This document shows, piece by piece, positions 38,835-51,300 of a stretch of 64,000 nucleotides of DNA (its first letter is position 1; each line of letters starts with the position of its first letter). The translations under genes were made by a program, and so were the position numbers. The stretch lies in the NCBI GenBank assembly GCA_030704615.1, contig CM060731.1, positions 19,406,001 to 19,470,000 on the forward strand, written 5' to 3'. Source of the DNA: Takakia lepidozioides (taxonomy: Eukaryota > Plantae > Bryophyta). The notes beneath the pieces were generated by a model that had not been told where the DNA came from, made no database searches, and saw nothing but the letters and a program-made list of their open reading frames with translations.

Positions 38835-39366
38835 AGATTCCGAGCCCGGGGGTATATTCCCCTGTTTGTCCGGTATTTACCAGTATGAGGGTTGTAGCAC
38901 AGTAGGGCAGTAATACGCTTGATAGGATGGAACCTTGTACAACGATTAACCTCACTTTAACACTTTCATCCAAGCACCACAAAGGTACACTGACAAGATC
39001 TGTAACCGAAATCCACCACCCGAGATTCTGAGTGCTTGATTTACATAGTACTAAGCATATAATCCTATCCAGCCAAACGGCCGTCATCATTGGGCTGGCC
39101 AGGATGCCATCCCAGCTAGGCCACACAATCAGGCCACCTCATCTAATCTAATCCTAATCTAACTGTTAACTAAAGACAACATCAACTTAATGTAGCCAGC
39201 TGTACCGGCACCTAATGCGTAACGGCTACTCAGTCACCATCTATCCAGGATTAACTGTGAGTTTCATCCATCGCGTCATTCGTTACTTTGAATGAGCGTC
39301 ACCATCCTGTTGCATCCGCGATCTCATTCATCCATGCCCAAAAGCAAGCAAGTCGGAATCTTCACA
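38835..39366 (-). repeat. 5' LTR of gypsy A (inverted relative to the 3' LTR)
   Basis: ~530-bp reverse-complement match to 57699-58230; internal terminal inverted repeat AGATTCCG…CGGAATCT. Confidence 0.88.
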
Positions 39367-39479
39367 TAAAAAGCCTTCTCTAGGGTAACGTGACATCCCT
39401 CGGATATTATATCTGTCATTGCATATATTACGAAAAATAAAATGGATGAACTTTCAAGTTTATTAGGGCTGAAAATAGA

Positions 39480-40136
39480 TTCCACTATTTATTAGTATTA
39501 GGGAAGGGTCGTTCCTAAGGCCCTTCCTAAATTTGAGAGCACTGGCAACGAGGGCGGAGCCCGAGTTCTGGGTGCTTGAAAATTCAGGAAGGGCCGTGGA
39601 ATGACCTTTCCAAACGTGAAAAACTGGGAATTTTTCTTCCCGCTCATTTCTTTCCGGTCTGCCATCTTTTCGATGGCCATTTCTTTCTAGGGTTGACAAG
39701 TTTCCATCCTTTCCTATTTTAAACCTACGTGTCTTCTGTGCACTGCATCTGTCGCGATGAAGATGTCAGGTCCCCGTGCAGATACTGATCTTGTCCTTGC
39801 ATTGCTTTTAATTTGGATTCTATTATCATAGATGCCTCATCTTGGACGTGGCGTCGTCAGGCGTAGAGGTTAGTTGATTGACATGTTGCAATTATTTCAT
39901 GCCGTTTAACAATGAGTGTCGAGGATTTTCAAGATTCACCGCTGAAGAAAATCTGTTGGGAATTCATGCTGAACATCATGCTTCTGTTGTTCTAGCTTTG
40001 AATGACGAAGTCAAGATCCATTTGATCTGGTGATCTCTCAAGCTTTTGACGATATCATATCTGAAGCTGGAGTTACTCTTACTCGTAACTCTCGACCATA
40101 TGAGTCAGGTTTGGAGAGTTCAAAATGACCTCAGAA
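39480..40136 (+). mobile_element. Probable 5' end (leader and first exons) of the Crypton-like gene, displaced by the inversion
   Basis: Spliced reading MPHLGRGVVRRR/FTAEENLLG…GLESSK*PQ joins in frame, through CAGAA, to NPVCDDAEVVGF… at 36483. Confidence 0.6.
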
Positions 40137-41810
40137 TTAGTGCTGGCTTCTAAGGTAAGCCTTTCCCCTGTTTCTCTTGCTGTGGGCACCTCAATGGCCA
40201 CTTTTGCTAAATTGCAGCTACAGGCTGCTAGCATGTGAGAACAGGTGGGGTTGCATTATAACTGGGCACGATTTAGACAATATGAAGCTGCTGATGGTGT
40301 CTTCAGCAATGGCTTGAAATTCCTCTCACCAGGTCAGAAGAGTGGACCCCCTCTGCCTGTTCCCAAGAACACATTGTTGCTTCGCTCCCCTATTGACTTT
40401 GTTCTGCCTGCCTTCTCTCAGCATATAGTGCCATCATGATTAGCATTTGTATGCCCTAAGGGCCACTTTCTGGAAGTGGAAGGCTGGAAAAAGTTAGCCT
40501 TGCAAAAACACTGCCTCGTGGCAGGGGGTGATTGATCGTGGCTTTAAAGGTGAAGTGAGGCTTTGCTTGCTAACCCCGAGCGTATACCTGTTCATGTGCG
40601 GAAGGGGCAGGTGCTAGCAAGGCTTTCTGCCGTCCCTCTTTCTGAGTTAGCTTAGGTTCAGCGTGCCTTGTCCCTCCAAGACATAGGGCTTGTTTACAGC
40701 CCCTTGGACCAGCTGCAGTCATTTGCTGCTCACCAGAGTTCCCCTGCTTGCCCAACGCTTACCCCTGCCCAGGAGACTCATTTTCAGCAGGTACTCACTG
40801 ACATCAAGGTGGGTGCTCATTCTACCCCTGCCGAGAAACCGATGTCTCGCCTAATTATTCGCAACAATCTAGATGTGTTTAGCCAGGGCCCTCGTGATCT
40901 TGGCAAGACTGACATTCTGCAGCATGATATAATCACTGAAGGATCCCCTTTCAGGCAACATGCATACAGGGAGAGTGTTTGTGAGCGCAAAATCATCCAA
41001 GAGGAAATCACCCGCATGCTTGATGCAGGCGTGATCACCCCCTCTATTTCTCCATGGGCTAGTCCCATCGTTTTGGTCGGTAAGAAGGATGGCTCCACTC
41101 GATTCTGTGTTGACTTTCGCCGATTGAATGCTATTACTAAACGTGATGTGTACCCTCTTCCTCGCATAAATGAAATGCTAGATCAGCTCAACGGTGCCAC
41201 GATTTTTTCGTCCCTAGATCTAGCCGCTGGATTCTGGCAAGTTCCTCTCACTTTCCTCTGCCAAAGAAAAGATTGCTTTTACATGCAGGATGGGTATGTA
41301 TCAGTTTGAGACTATGCCGTTTGGGCTTTGTAATGCCACTGCCACGTTTCAGCGGCTCATGGATGTAGTGTTAGGCAACCTCAGATAGGAATGTGCCCTT
41401 GTATATATTGATGACATCAATGTTTACTCTACTACCTTCGAAGCTCATCTGTTGGACTTGCAGAGGGTGGTGTGCAGACTTCGTGCTGCCGGACTTAAAG
41501 TCAAAGCAAAGAAGTGTGACTTTTGTATGAAACAGCTGCATTTTATGGGTCATCTTCTTTCAGCTGCAGGCATCAGTCCTGATCCAAACAAAATTAGGGC
41601 TGTTTGGGAGTATCCCACCCCCAAGGACAAGCACTGCGTCAAGGCCTTTCTTGGCTTAGGCTCATATTATCATCGATTCATCTCTCAATTTGCAAAGATT
41701 GTTGCTCCTTTGACTAGGCTTTTGTCTAAAGATGTGCGATTTGTTTGGGGCCTAGCTGAAACCTCTGCCTTTGAGAAACTCAAGATTGCCTTGTTCTTGC
41801 TTACCTAGAT
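40137..41810 (+). mobile_element. pol of gypsy A: reverse transcriptase, frameshifted
   Basis: [55 protein letters not shown] and FLGLGSYY. Confidence 0.93.
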
Positions 41811-42174
41811 TTCTCCTTACTACGACTATCTTGAAGTCTGTTAGAGATTTCTCCATAACCTCCTCAGCCCTCTCCTCCAACTGGCACGCAAATAACTTGG
41901 TTAGATTTTGCGAATGCACTCAAATACATTCAACACAGACATTGAAGAGCTGTGTCATGATATTTTTACCTGCGCCCAGAATGTGGCTTTATGAAACCAG
42001 ATGTCCCACACTTGGTCACTGAAAGGGGTGACGACTCCAGTGGTGGCGTTCTTCTCGCCCATGGGAAAACTATTTGCTTGCCGTAGAACAGGCTCAGAGT
42101 TCCAAATTTGAAGCCATCGTACTTTGACTGCTGGCTCCACCATTGCCATGGCAAGCTTGTGCAGCTTCTCTTGT

Positions 42175-44060
42175 ACTAGAAGAAAAACGTGGAATAACCA
42201 CTGGCCCTTTAACCACTACTGTATTTTTCCACTCTATAAACCACTAGTAACCACTTGCCAGTGGTTAATCCCAATGAAATGCCATGGTGGCATCACAAAC
42301 AGTGGTTGGAAGTGATTTCAACCACTCAGTAGTCCACGTGTAATAAATTGTTTTTATTTATTATTATTTATTTGGTAATACATTTTAATTAATAATATAA
42401 TATTCACGTGGACGAGTGCAGTGGTACATTGTGAGTGGTTATAGACACCTCAGTGATGGGAAGTGGTTGAAACCACTTGCTACTCCTCGTGTAATAATTC
42501 AAATTTTATTTGTGATTTATGATTTGGAAATATATTTTAATTCATAAATATAATATTCCACGTGGACGGGGACAGTGCACGTTGATCTTGAGTGGTTAAA
42601 GACACCTCATTGATTTGGTACCACTTTGACAGTGGTGGAGAGTGGGTGGTGAAAGATACTGCAGTAATTGGAACCACTATTCTAGTGGTTGCTCATGAGT
42701 GGTTGCCTACAAACAAGTGATTGGTACCACTTTTTGGGTGATACATGAAAAATTTTAAGTGGTTTGTGCAGCTGTGACAGACTTTGAAAAACAGACAAGT
42801 GGCCAGACCATTGTGGCATGATGCTATTGAACAAATGGTTCCAACAATAAACTTTATTCTGAATCTGAAACATATTCGTCACCCTTTGAATCACTTTGCT
42901 CAACTGGAATAGCGGTTGGTTGCACAAACGCCGCTTGAATGGTAGCCAACATAGCCAGGTCTTCTTTATTTAGAGCCGTGGCACCATCTAATGACCTAGG
43001 TATTGGCTGATCTGATAAGGTGGACAGTGCCTGAAGGCCAGTGAAATCTGCATTTTCTCCAATGTCACATTGATCTATGTCGCCACAATCCTTTTTGCTC
43101 TTGGATCCTTCCGAAGGACTACCTTCCACTCCGAACTTGGGGACTCATCCGAAAAGAACACCTGTTCAACTTGAGATGGAAAGATGAACGGCTGATCATT
43201 GGCGGGTAACATCCTCCCAAAATTTGCAAGTAGAAAACCATACGAATCCCGCTTCATTGTAGCATTTTGTCCAACGAGGTTGGCCCTCACCCAAGCACAA
43301 CGAAATACAATGGGGTGCACTCGTCCATAATCCAATTTGAAGATCTCTTTGATGACCCCAACGTACTCCAATGGTGACATGACTGGTTTCTATCACGCAC
43401 AGTATTTCTGCTCTGTTGCTGGAAGACGGATGCAACTCCGGAATCAAAAGAGACAAGAAGACGACTACTTTGGCACAAATCCGGCGGAAAATGCGACTCA
43501 CACGCATAATGACCCCACGTGGGCCTGGAGCCATGCAATGACGAATATACATAGGTAAAATCTGTTGCATTAAAACGTGATAATCATGGGACTTCATACT
43601 CGTCAAATGTTTCCTAGACGGGTGTATGTGTTTCTGAAATGCACCTGCAAATCCCGAAGGAGTTTTGATCATGTTTTGATAGCCCCCAAAGTATCAAGAA
43701 ATATCGTGATTTCAGCGGGAGTGAGAACATACGGTGTTGCTGGTTTCATGATACGTTTCTGTGGATCAGGCCGAAGCCACAAGTGACGTCTGATGCGATT
43801 ACCTCCATGTCGTTCCTCACCTTCACCGTGTCCTTCCGTCTGAAAATCGTCTTCAACAAGTTTTCACAAAAATTCTTTTCGCAATGCATGGGATCCAGTA
43901 AGTAGCGTTGCAACAGATCCTGCAATTGGTGACACCATTTCAGGAACATTCCGACAGATTGCAGTCCTATACAAATCAGATTCCTTTATGAGCACTATAT
44001 ACTTCCATGTCTAAAGTGGTTGTGATGCATGACAGTCCCTCCTCAGTGGTTCAAACAACT
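42175..44060 (-). mobile_element. CACTA/EnSpm transposon remnant (one terminus, subterminal repeats, deleted transposase)
   Basis: Terminus (T)ACTAGAAGAAAA; dense AACCACT/AGTGGTT repeats at 42190-42840; Tnp2-family motifs LDPMHCEKN, MKSHDYHVLMQQILP, YVGVIKEIFKLDY and PFIFPSQVEQVFF. Confidence 0.88.
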
Positions 44061-44129
44061 CATTTAGTGCATTATTAGCCTCTCAAGTGATGTCAACAAG
44101 CATTCAACGACACAGGAGAGGGAGGAAGT

Positions 44130-45302
44130 GATCTTAAGTGGCAGTGGGGTAACCAAGAGATCCCGGTCCTCTCTTCCTACACTTACCTGGGCGTTCACTT
44201 TTCCTCCAATTGTAATTGGGATGCACATATCCGGAAAGTTGTTCAAACTGGCAAGGGCAAAGCTCTGGGGCTCACTAAATTTTTCCACTGCAGAGGGGTC
44301 AACTCTGAGGTTAAGAAAACAATGGTTTGTCGTGTTATTAGACCTGCCTTGGAGTACGGATCTGCTATATGGGTTGATAACTCCAACCAGGCTAAGTCTG
44401 TATAATCCATTCAAGTGGGGGTGCTTAAGGAATGTATGTCAGCATGCTCCAAAACAACCAATGTGGCTGTTCGGGGTGAGTTTGGCATTCCGTCCTTAAG
44501 CTCCCGACGAGATGAATTCAAGGTCAGATGGTGGGGTCAGCTGCAACATATGCCCAAGACCAGATATCCTAAGTTAATCGACTCTATATCTTGGAAACAG
44601 GACCGCCTTGTCAAACAGGCTAAGTCATGGTAGAAGAGATTGCTAGAGATTCTCAAGGACCTGGACCTGGATCCGCAAGTCTTGACCCTGCTGGATAAAT
44701 CTGACTTAGAGGCTGTAGTGTCCAAAGCCATGTCTGTTGCCATGAGATTGTCTGATGAAAATGAAGTTAGGCAGAAAACTTCCCTGAACTTGTTTCCAAT
44801 CAGTGACATGGGGGACGACATCTTGGATGACCTCAAGGGTCTACCCACTCTCGGCACTAGACTGAAATTTAAACTCAGGGCAGGAAGGCTACCTTTGAAC
44901 AGCAAACAGAAGCAGAGAGGAAAGGGAGAGTGCAATTGCCCGTTGTGTGGGCAATCTGAAGACAGTATTCATTTTCACATACACTGTCCGAGGTTCTCTC
45001 ACCAAAGAGACGCTCTTCAATTCTATCAAGGAAATTGTGCCTGTATCCCTGTTTACCAACTTTGAAAGTCTCGAGGCTGAGCCAAAAGCCCAGGCCCTCC
45101 TGAGGCCTAGTTTTTGGGCAAATCGCACACAACAGATTGATGCTTGTGTGAAGGGATTTCTAGAGGATATATGGAAAACCCGGATTAATTCTTTATATGA
45201 AGGTAAGTCTTACTACCAACGTCAGCCCCTGACAGAGGTAGGTTCTGTTTTTTTTGTTCCCGCTCAAACTGGGCGCGGGGTCAATGGCCACAAGGCTACG
45301 GC
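44130..45302 (+). mobile_element. Second long, degenerate copy of the (CT)n LINE family
   Basis: Near-identical to 16463-17562; extends 5' to the RT motif SYTYLGV; contains stops and frameshifts; tail lost. Confidence 0.9.
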
Positions 45303-45319
45303 AGTGTATGTCAGCATGC

Positions 45320-48300
45320 TCCAGGTTCGAGTTAGTTGTGTAGCACTTGTGTTTTCAGATCATGAAAAGCGGTTCAGCCTAGAGTGCAGGGAGCCGTGCA
45401 TGAGCCTATGCAAAGCGGATAGAGTGCAAAGGCGAACAGGTTGCAGGTTTGCCATGGATTGAGAGGCGGGTAGCCTATGTTGAAGAGCGGCGTTGCATAG
45501 CTCAACGCTATGACAACCAAGTTTGGGCTTCTAGTGTGAAGCGGAGGAGATGTTGGCCACGAGTGGGCGAACTGGTGGTCATCTTCTTTAGCTGCAGGCC
45601 GAGTTAAGGAGCTGCTGAAATGTGGGCTGCGCATGGGAAGTTAGCATGTTGCAGGTTGGAGATGATATGATCAGCTCCAGGTATCTGCCCGAAACGAGTT
45701 GTTGCGGGTAGATGAGGAGCAGCCGAATGGCGGAGGTGCGAGGGGATGCATCGCAGCCTGTTGGGAGCTGCAGCTCCAAGCTCATGAAGAGAGGGGGCTG
45801 GTCCCTCTTGTGTGCAAATCAGTGCACTTGTGAAATATTGCTTGAGTTGGAAGTTTCAATTTGAAACTCTAGCACGTCGAGGGCTCTTGGAGTGGCAAGA
45901 GCAGGGTTGGAAGGGCAGCAGTGAGGCGTCCTAGAGCGAGGGAATGTGCAGTAGAACTGCAGGTACACCAAGTTTATCAAGGTGTGTATTTTCAGATTCA
46001 CTTTTGTGAGTTTCGTGGAGAAATGGAGCTTGTTGGGCAGCATATAGCTTGCTTGTTGAGTTGGGGGCACTTCTAGTGGGCCGTGAGAGCTCAGGAGTGC
46101 AGGGCGACGGGGCTGATGGCTCCCAGAAGCCATAGCTCAGCGGCAGCAGATGCAAGAGCAAACCCCAGCTCGGGGACAACTCGGGAACACGTGAGAACGC
46201 CGGGAATGCCTCGGGAACGCATGGGAACTCGTTGGGAGTTCCAGGGATCGCAGGGAATAGTGGTCATGATGGGCCGTTGGGGCGGTATCAATAGATACCA
46301 CGAGCCCAGGTCGTGATGGTTGACCGTGACCGTTGACCATGACCGTTGGAAGTCGTGGTGCAGATACAACGGGTGGGCACGGTGACCAGATCGTGGGGAT
46401 GGCGGGCCGTGAAGGCCCGTGGGAGTAGTACCACGGGGTATCACTGGGCAGCCCGTGGCCAACGAGTGCCTAGGGCGGGCCGTGAGGAGTCGTGGCGGTT
46501 GGAGCCACGGAAGGCCGCGAACAGTTAGAGTGAAAAAAATAAAAAAATAAAAAAAAATAAAAATCACTCATTTCGTGGGAACTTGATGGGGAGGCTGGGT
46601 TCTGAAGAACAACGGTTTTGAGCTAGCTGATCCGGCAGAAAAGTCGGAATTGCCTCCCTGTTGCGTTTTAACAAAGGGGATTACTTCCCTGCAGGTAATC
46701 TTTTCAGGTTTTCAGCCCAATTTTTAACTATGGGGAAGACCAGCCTGCAGGTAATTCCTTTGGACAGAATGTTGTTGGGGCCTATATGTACCTCTATTTG
46801 CTCCATTTTTGAACCTTCAGCGAATGGTGTGGTTTCCTGAGGTGGTTCCATTCGGAGGAATGGCTGGTGGACGTAAGGAGGCACTAGCGGACCCTGTCAA
46901 GGCTTGCATGGGGCCTTGGAGGCCAAGTTTCATGAGCTCGTAGAGGGCGGTTTGAGGAGTGTCTACAGGATGCTCTCATGGTCATGCAAGTGAGAGAAGA
47001 GAGGAAAAAAAAGGGTGTTGGGATGAGAGCGTGCTTGGGATAGGCATTGCTTTAGCTTCTCTTCCTCGTAGCTTTCCACCTTCTCTGTAGGCCGAGACCT
47101 TTCTGTAGGTGGAGGCAAGAGTCAGTCCGGGTTTGGGCTGGGTTGCAGGAGCGACACTATGGAGTTGTTTTTGGTGTGGGGGAGTTGTTGTTTTCATTCT
47201 TGTGTTTGGATCCCCTCCACACCTGCATGCTTGATTGTGCGCCATGCTAGTTTTGTGTGGGCGCTTGATTTTATAGGTGGTGGACTCAGGCTTGATCGCC
47301 GATCCCACCCTAGAGCATGTTGTCGATGGTGAGGCTGGGTTGATGACCAGTCAGACCATCTTTTGTTTCTCCTGTGGTGAGGTTGGAGGTGATGACCAGC
47401 CAACCATAGGAGTGCCTGCAGTGGATGCAGGTGTAGGTGCAGGCTATGTTAGGAACCTAGTATTCCAAACCATAAGCCACATCAGGTTCTCTACCCGGTT
47501 ACCTTGTGGAGAGGGGGTTAGAGACATGTTCATGACCGGTTGAGTGTCAGTTTGTCAACACGGAGGTGCCACTAGTTGCTGGGGAAAGTGCTAGTACAAG
47601 CACTAGCGATACTAGCGGGTATACGAGACGAGGTGTGCGGTTTAGGCCACCTTCACCTCCTGTGTCTTCTACGGAAGGTTCTGATTTGGATTGTGAATCA
47701 GGAAGACTCACACCGGCGGTGCAAGTTGTTTCTTTGTCATTGTTGTGGGACACGATGGAGGAGATGTATGGAGCCACCAAGGGGTCATGAAGGTACTCTG
47801 GGGCGATGGGCACCATTGAGTTGGATGATTTTATCCAAGAGTTTGATAGTTGGTGTAACTTGCAGGAAATGTGCAATCCACAATTGTTTACGCATTTCAT
47901 GGCATGGAAGGGGCTGTTTCAGCACCTTGAGGGGCCGCCCACGGACGATTATCATGAGTTTAGGCGGGGGCACGATGTTGAGATCGAGGAGTGGAGGATG
48001 TACTGGTCACCCGACTATGTCTCCATCACTAGAGGCACTAGAGGCATAAGGGCAGCAGCTACACCGGCAGCTGCACCAGCAGCAGCAACTACAATAACAG
48101 CTTCCACGAGCAGTAGTGAGACTAGTGGTACAGCAACTACGACGTCCACCTAAGCTATTGCTGCACCAGCACCAGTGGCGGTGCCTGCCTTCAACCCTGT
48201 TGTGGAGTTCTTCGAAGAGTTGAGAAGGAACTACCAAGGGGTGAGGACAAAGAAGTTGAGGAGCTTGCAAGAGTTCCAACGGAAGCCTACTAAGAGCTTG

Positions 48301-51300
48301 AGGGAGACTTTCACTCACATGAGGCGCTTGATTAATGTAACCCAAGGGGTTACGGAGGCTCAGGCAGTCCAGTTCTGCTACGGGATATTGGACAAGGAGC
48401 TGAGGAGAAGGGTGCGGGATGCAACTCTCCTACAAGCGACCCAACCCACCTTAGCAAATGTGTTTTTGCTGGCAGAGCGGATAGAGCTCAACATGGTGGA
48501 GGAACGAGTGGTCATGGTGGGATTTGCTAAGGAGGCACCACGGGGTAGTGGTGCTCCTAGCCAGCCACTACCTCAACGTGCTCAAGGCAGCAAGGGGGCT
48601 CAGGTGAAGCCTAGGGAAGGGCAGAGAAGACCTCAGATGCAGGGGTCTCTCTCTTCATTTGCTGGCCAACAACGGGCGGATGTGGTGTGCTGGACATGTG
48701 GAGGACCCCATGTCAAGAAGGATTGCCCAGAGGGAGGCAATGGTTTGGCACCGGCACAGCCTGCACATGTGCAGTGTGGGCATTGTGGCAGGTACGGGCA
48801 TGGAGAGGCCCAGTGCTATGGTTTGCACCCTGAGTTGCGCCCAGGCCAGTTCCAAGGGAACAATGGTGGCCGGGGGTGAGGTGGAGCAGCCCAGAGAGGA
48901 CAAGGTGGCCAGGCACGAGGTGCAGGCCAAGGGCAAGCTCAACATGGCCAAGGACGCGGAGGTCAGGGTGGTGACCAAGGCATGGCCAACCGGCTTCAGC
49001 AGCTAGAGCAGAGGCTTGTTGCCATGGCCACAACTCAGGTGGTACCGGCTCCAAGGCCGGATGATCCACCTCCTGCTCCTGAAGGAGGAGACTTGGGAGG
49101 CATGGGATTCATGTGCGGGGCAGCACTACCACTAGTGAGGGGTGCCACTACCACTACCACTGTGGGCGGGGCACCACTACCACTAGTGCCGGGCAGTACT
49201 ACCACTACCACTATGTGCGGGGCAGGACTACCACTAGTGCAAGTGGAGTCAGCTGCGGCAGTGACTCGAGGAGCAGCACGAGTTCCTGAGCCACGGGGTG
49301 CGGAGGTGGAGTTGGATCCACCGCGTGGGGAGGCAAGCCGTCAGGCCAGGCTTCCTCAGTCATTCACATTAGTGAAGACAGTGTCGACGCCGTCCATGGC
49401 ACCTAGTTCCCGCCCGACTGTTACCGAGGCGGAGGTTACTATGCCATTGGGGAGAGCTACACGGGCAGCACCACTACCTAGTGTTGCCAAGGCTACGACA
49501 GCTAGTGTGTTGCTGGGGGCGGCCACAGCTGTGTGCCAGACTCCATTGTTCTCGGCTACCATGATTGCGACGCCGGGGGTAAGACCAGCTGAGATGTTCA
49601 GGCTGGCAGCGACACTCTGTGAGAGTGGGGAGGTTACTTCATCTTCTGCGGAGATAGTGGGAGGTGTAGTGCCGGAGGGATCCTCGGATGTGAGGTTCAA
49701 GACTGCCACGGCAGCGCCATGGCAAGCTGCAGCTGCCAGGTTGATGGAGCTGTCAGCTAGGCCAGCCATTGAGCGCGCCATGGTAACACCTGGAGTTGTC
49801 ATGTTAGACAACTAGGATGACATTTTCTGTGTGAGTGGACCAGCAGGCAAGAGGTACCGGCCACTACGAGTCTTGTTGGACTCGGGAGCTCAGCCATTGA
49901 TGTTAGGCAGAGCTGCTATTGCAGGCTTGGGCCTCACGGAGGCGGATATGGAGCTGTGCCCTTTCCAGATACAGACATCTTTGGGAGGATCAAAGCAGGC
50001 TCGGGGCATGACACGGCGTGAGTTGGCTATCAGACTACAGCCGGATCATCCTACAGATGGCTCAGTGATGAGAGCCAAGGCCATTGTGACAGACGCGGTC
50101 TCGTACGATGTCCTTGTTGGTGGGGCAGTGTTGTACCTCATGGGCTTCACCTTGGATTTTTGGGAGGATTCAGCTTCCTATAGGCCTAGATGGCAGTCAG
50201 GGGAGGGCCGACGTGTGCAGCTCCTTGTGACGTTCATAGGAGGAGTTGCGGTTGTCCAGCGAAGCAAGATGCCAACTCTGGCAGCATTCACAGCTGCAGT
50301 GACTTGGCCTGGAGAGTTGTTGGATGACAACACTCATTCAGAGGATGTGTCACCTCCGGGAGAGCAGGATGACATGTATGGTATGACAGAGTTGCCTGCC
50401 ATGGTTGCTCACACTCCATTGTGGGGCTCGAGCAAGGATTTGCAGCGGGTTGCTGATTGTCGTGTGCAACAAGCCTGGGTAGAGGCTTTTGTACCGTCAG
50501 GAGAGGAGGACAGTGCAGGGATTGCACCAGGTCCATCTCAGTTGTCACCATTGGACACCACACCGATCATGTGGCAGTGTCCGGATGAAGGTATTTGCCT
50601 TCTGGACTTGTTTGGCGGGATCAGCACCGGATTGGCTGCAGTTCTACAGGCAGGTGTACGGGTACGGCGTTACCTGTATGTGGAGAGGGATGAGATTGCA
50701 CGACGCATCTCCCTACGCCATGTTGCTCAGTTGGTGCAGCAGTATCCTAAGTTGTTGCCGTTGTCTGCAGTTCGTGGATATTTAGTCAATAGGGATGCGC
50801 ATGGATTGAGTCGCAATCCATGCACGAGCCAGCAGGATGACATTGGAGCTCGGTGGCATGGTGAGAAGGACGAGGAGATGGTGCCGGGATGACATGCATC
50901 TGCCTTTTTGTGTATCTTGGCATCGGGAGGTCAGGTTGGACCTACAACAGGGATGACTGTAGACGGAGTGTCTGAGGACCCTGAGGCTAGTGATGAGCCA
51001 GGTGGTGCCAGAGATATACACGAGGATTCGGTTGTGTTGGACTACCTCCGCACTGGAGACACGGCAGCTAGTGTGACTGCCAAGGAGAGGGATCGGATCC
51101 TACAACGAGCCAAGAGGTTCAAGTGGGAGGGGATACACCTGCTTCGAGTGTGGGAGGATGGTCGGGTGAGGATCGTGCCTCACCCAACACAGCGTGCACG
51201 GTTAGTGCGGCATGCCCATGAGGAGTTGGGGCATTTTGGAATACGACGCACTCATAGTTTACTGAAGGGGCAGTATTAGTGGCGTGGTATGTACACAGAG

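Noticed and set aside
39362-39372. Target-site duplication for gypsy A
   Set aside because: The flanks of the two LTRs do not match under either boundary choice.
34610-41810. DIRS/Ngaro-type YR retrotransposon (gag + YR + RT + inverted repeats)
   Set aside because: The RT is gypsy-type with a DDE integrase downstream, the YR has introns, and one inversion explains both the adjacency and the inverted LTRs.
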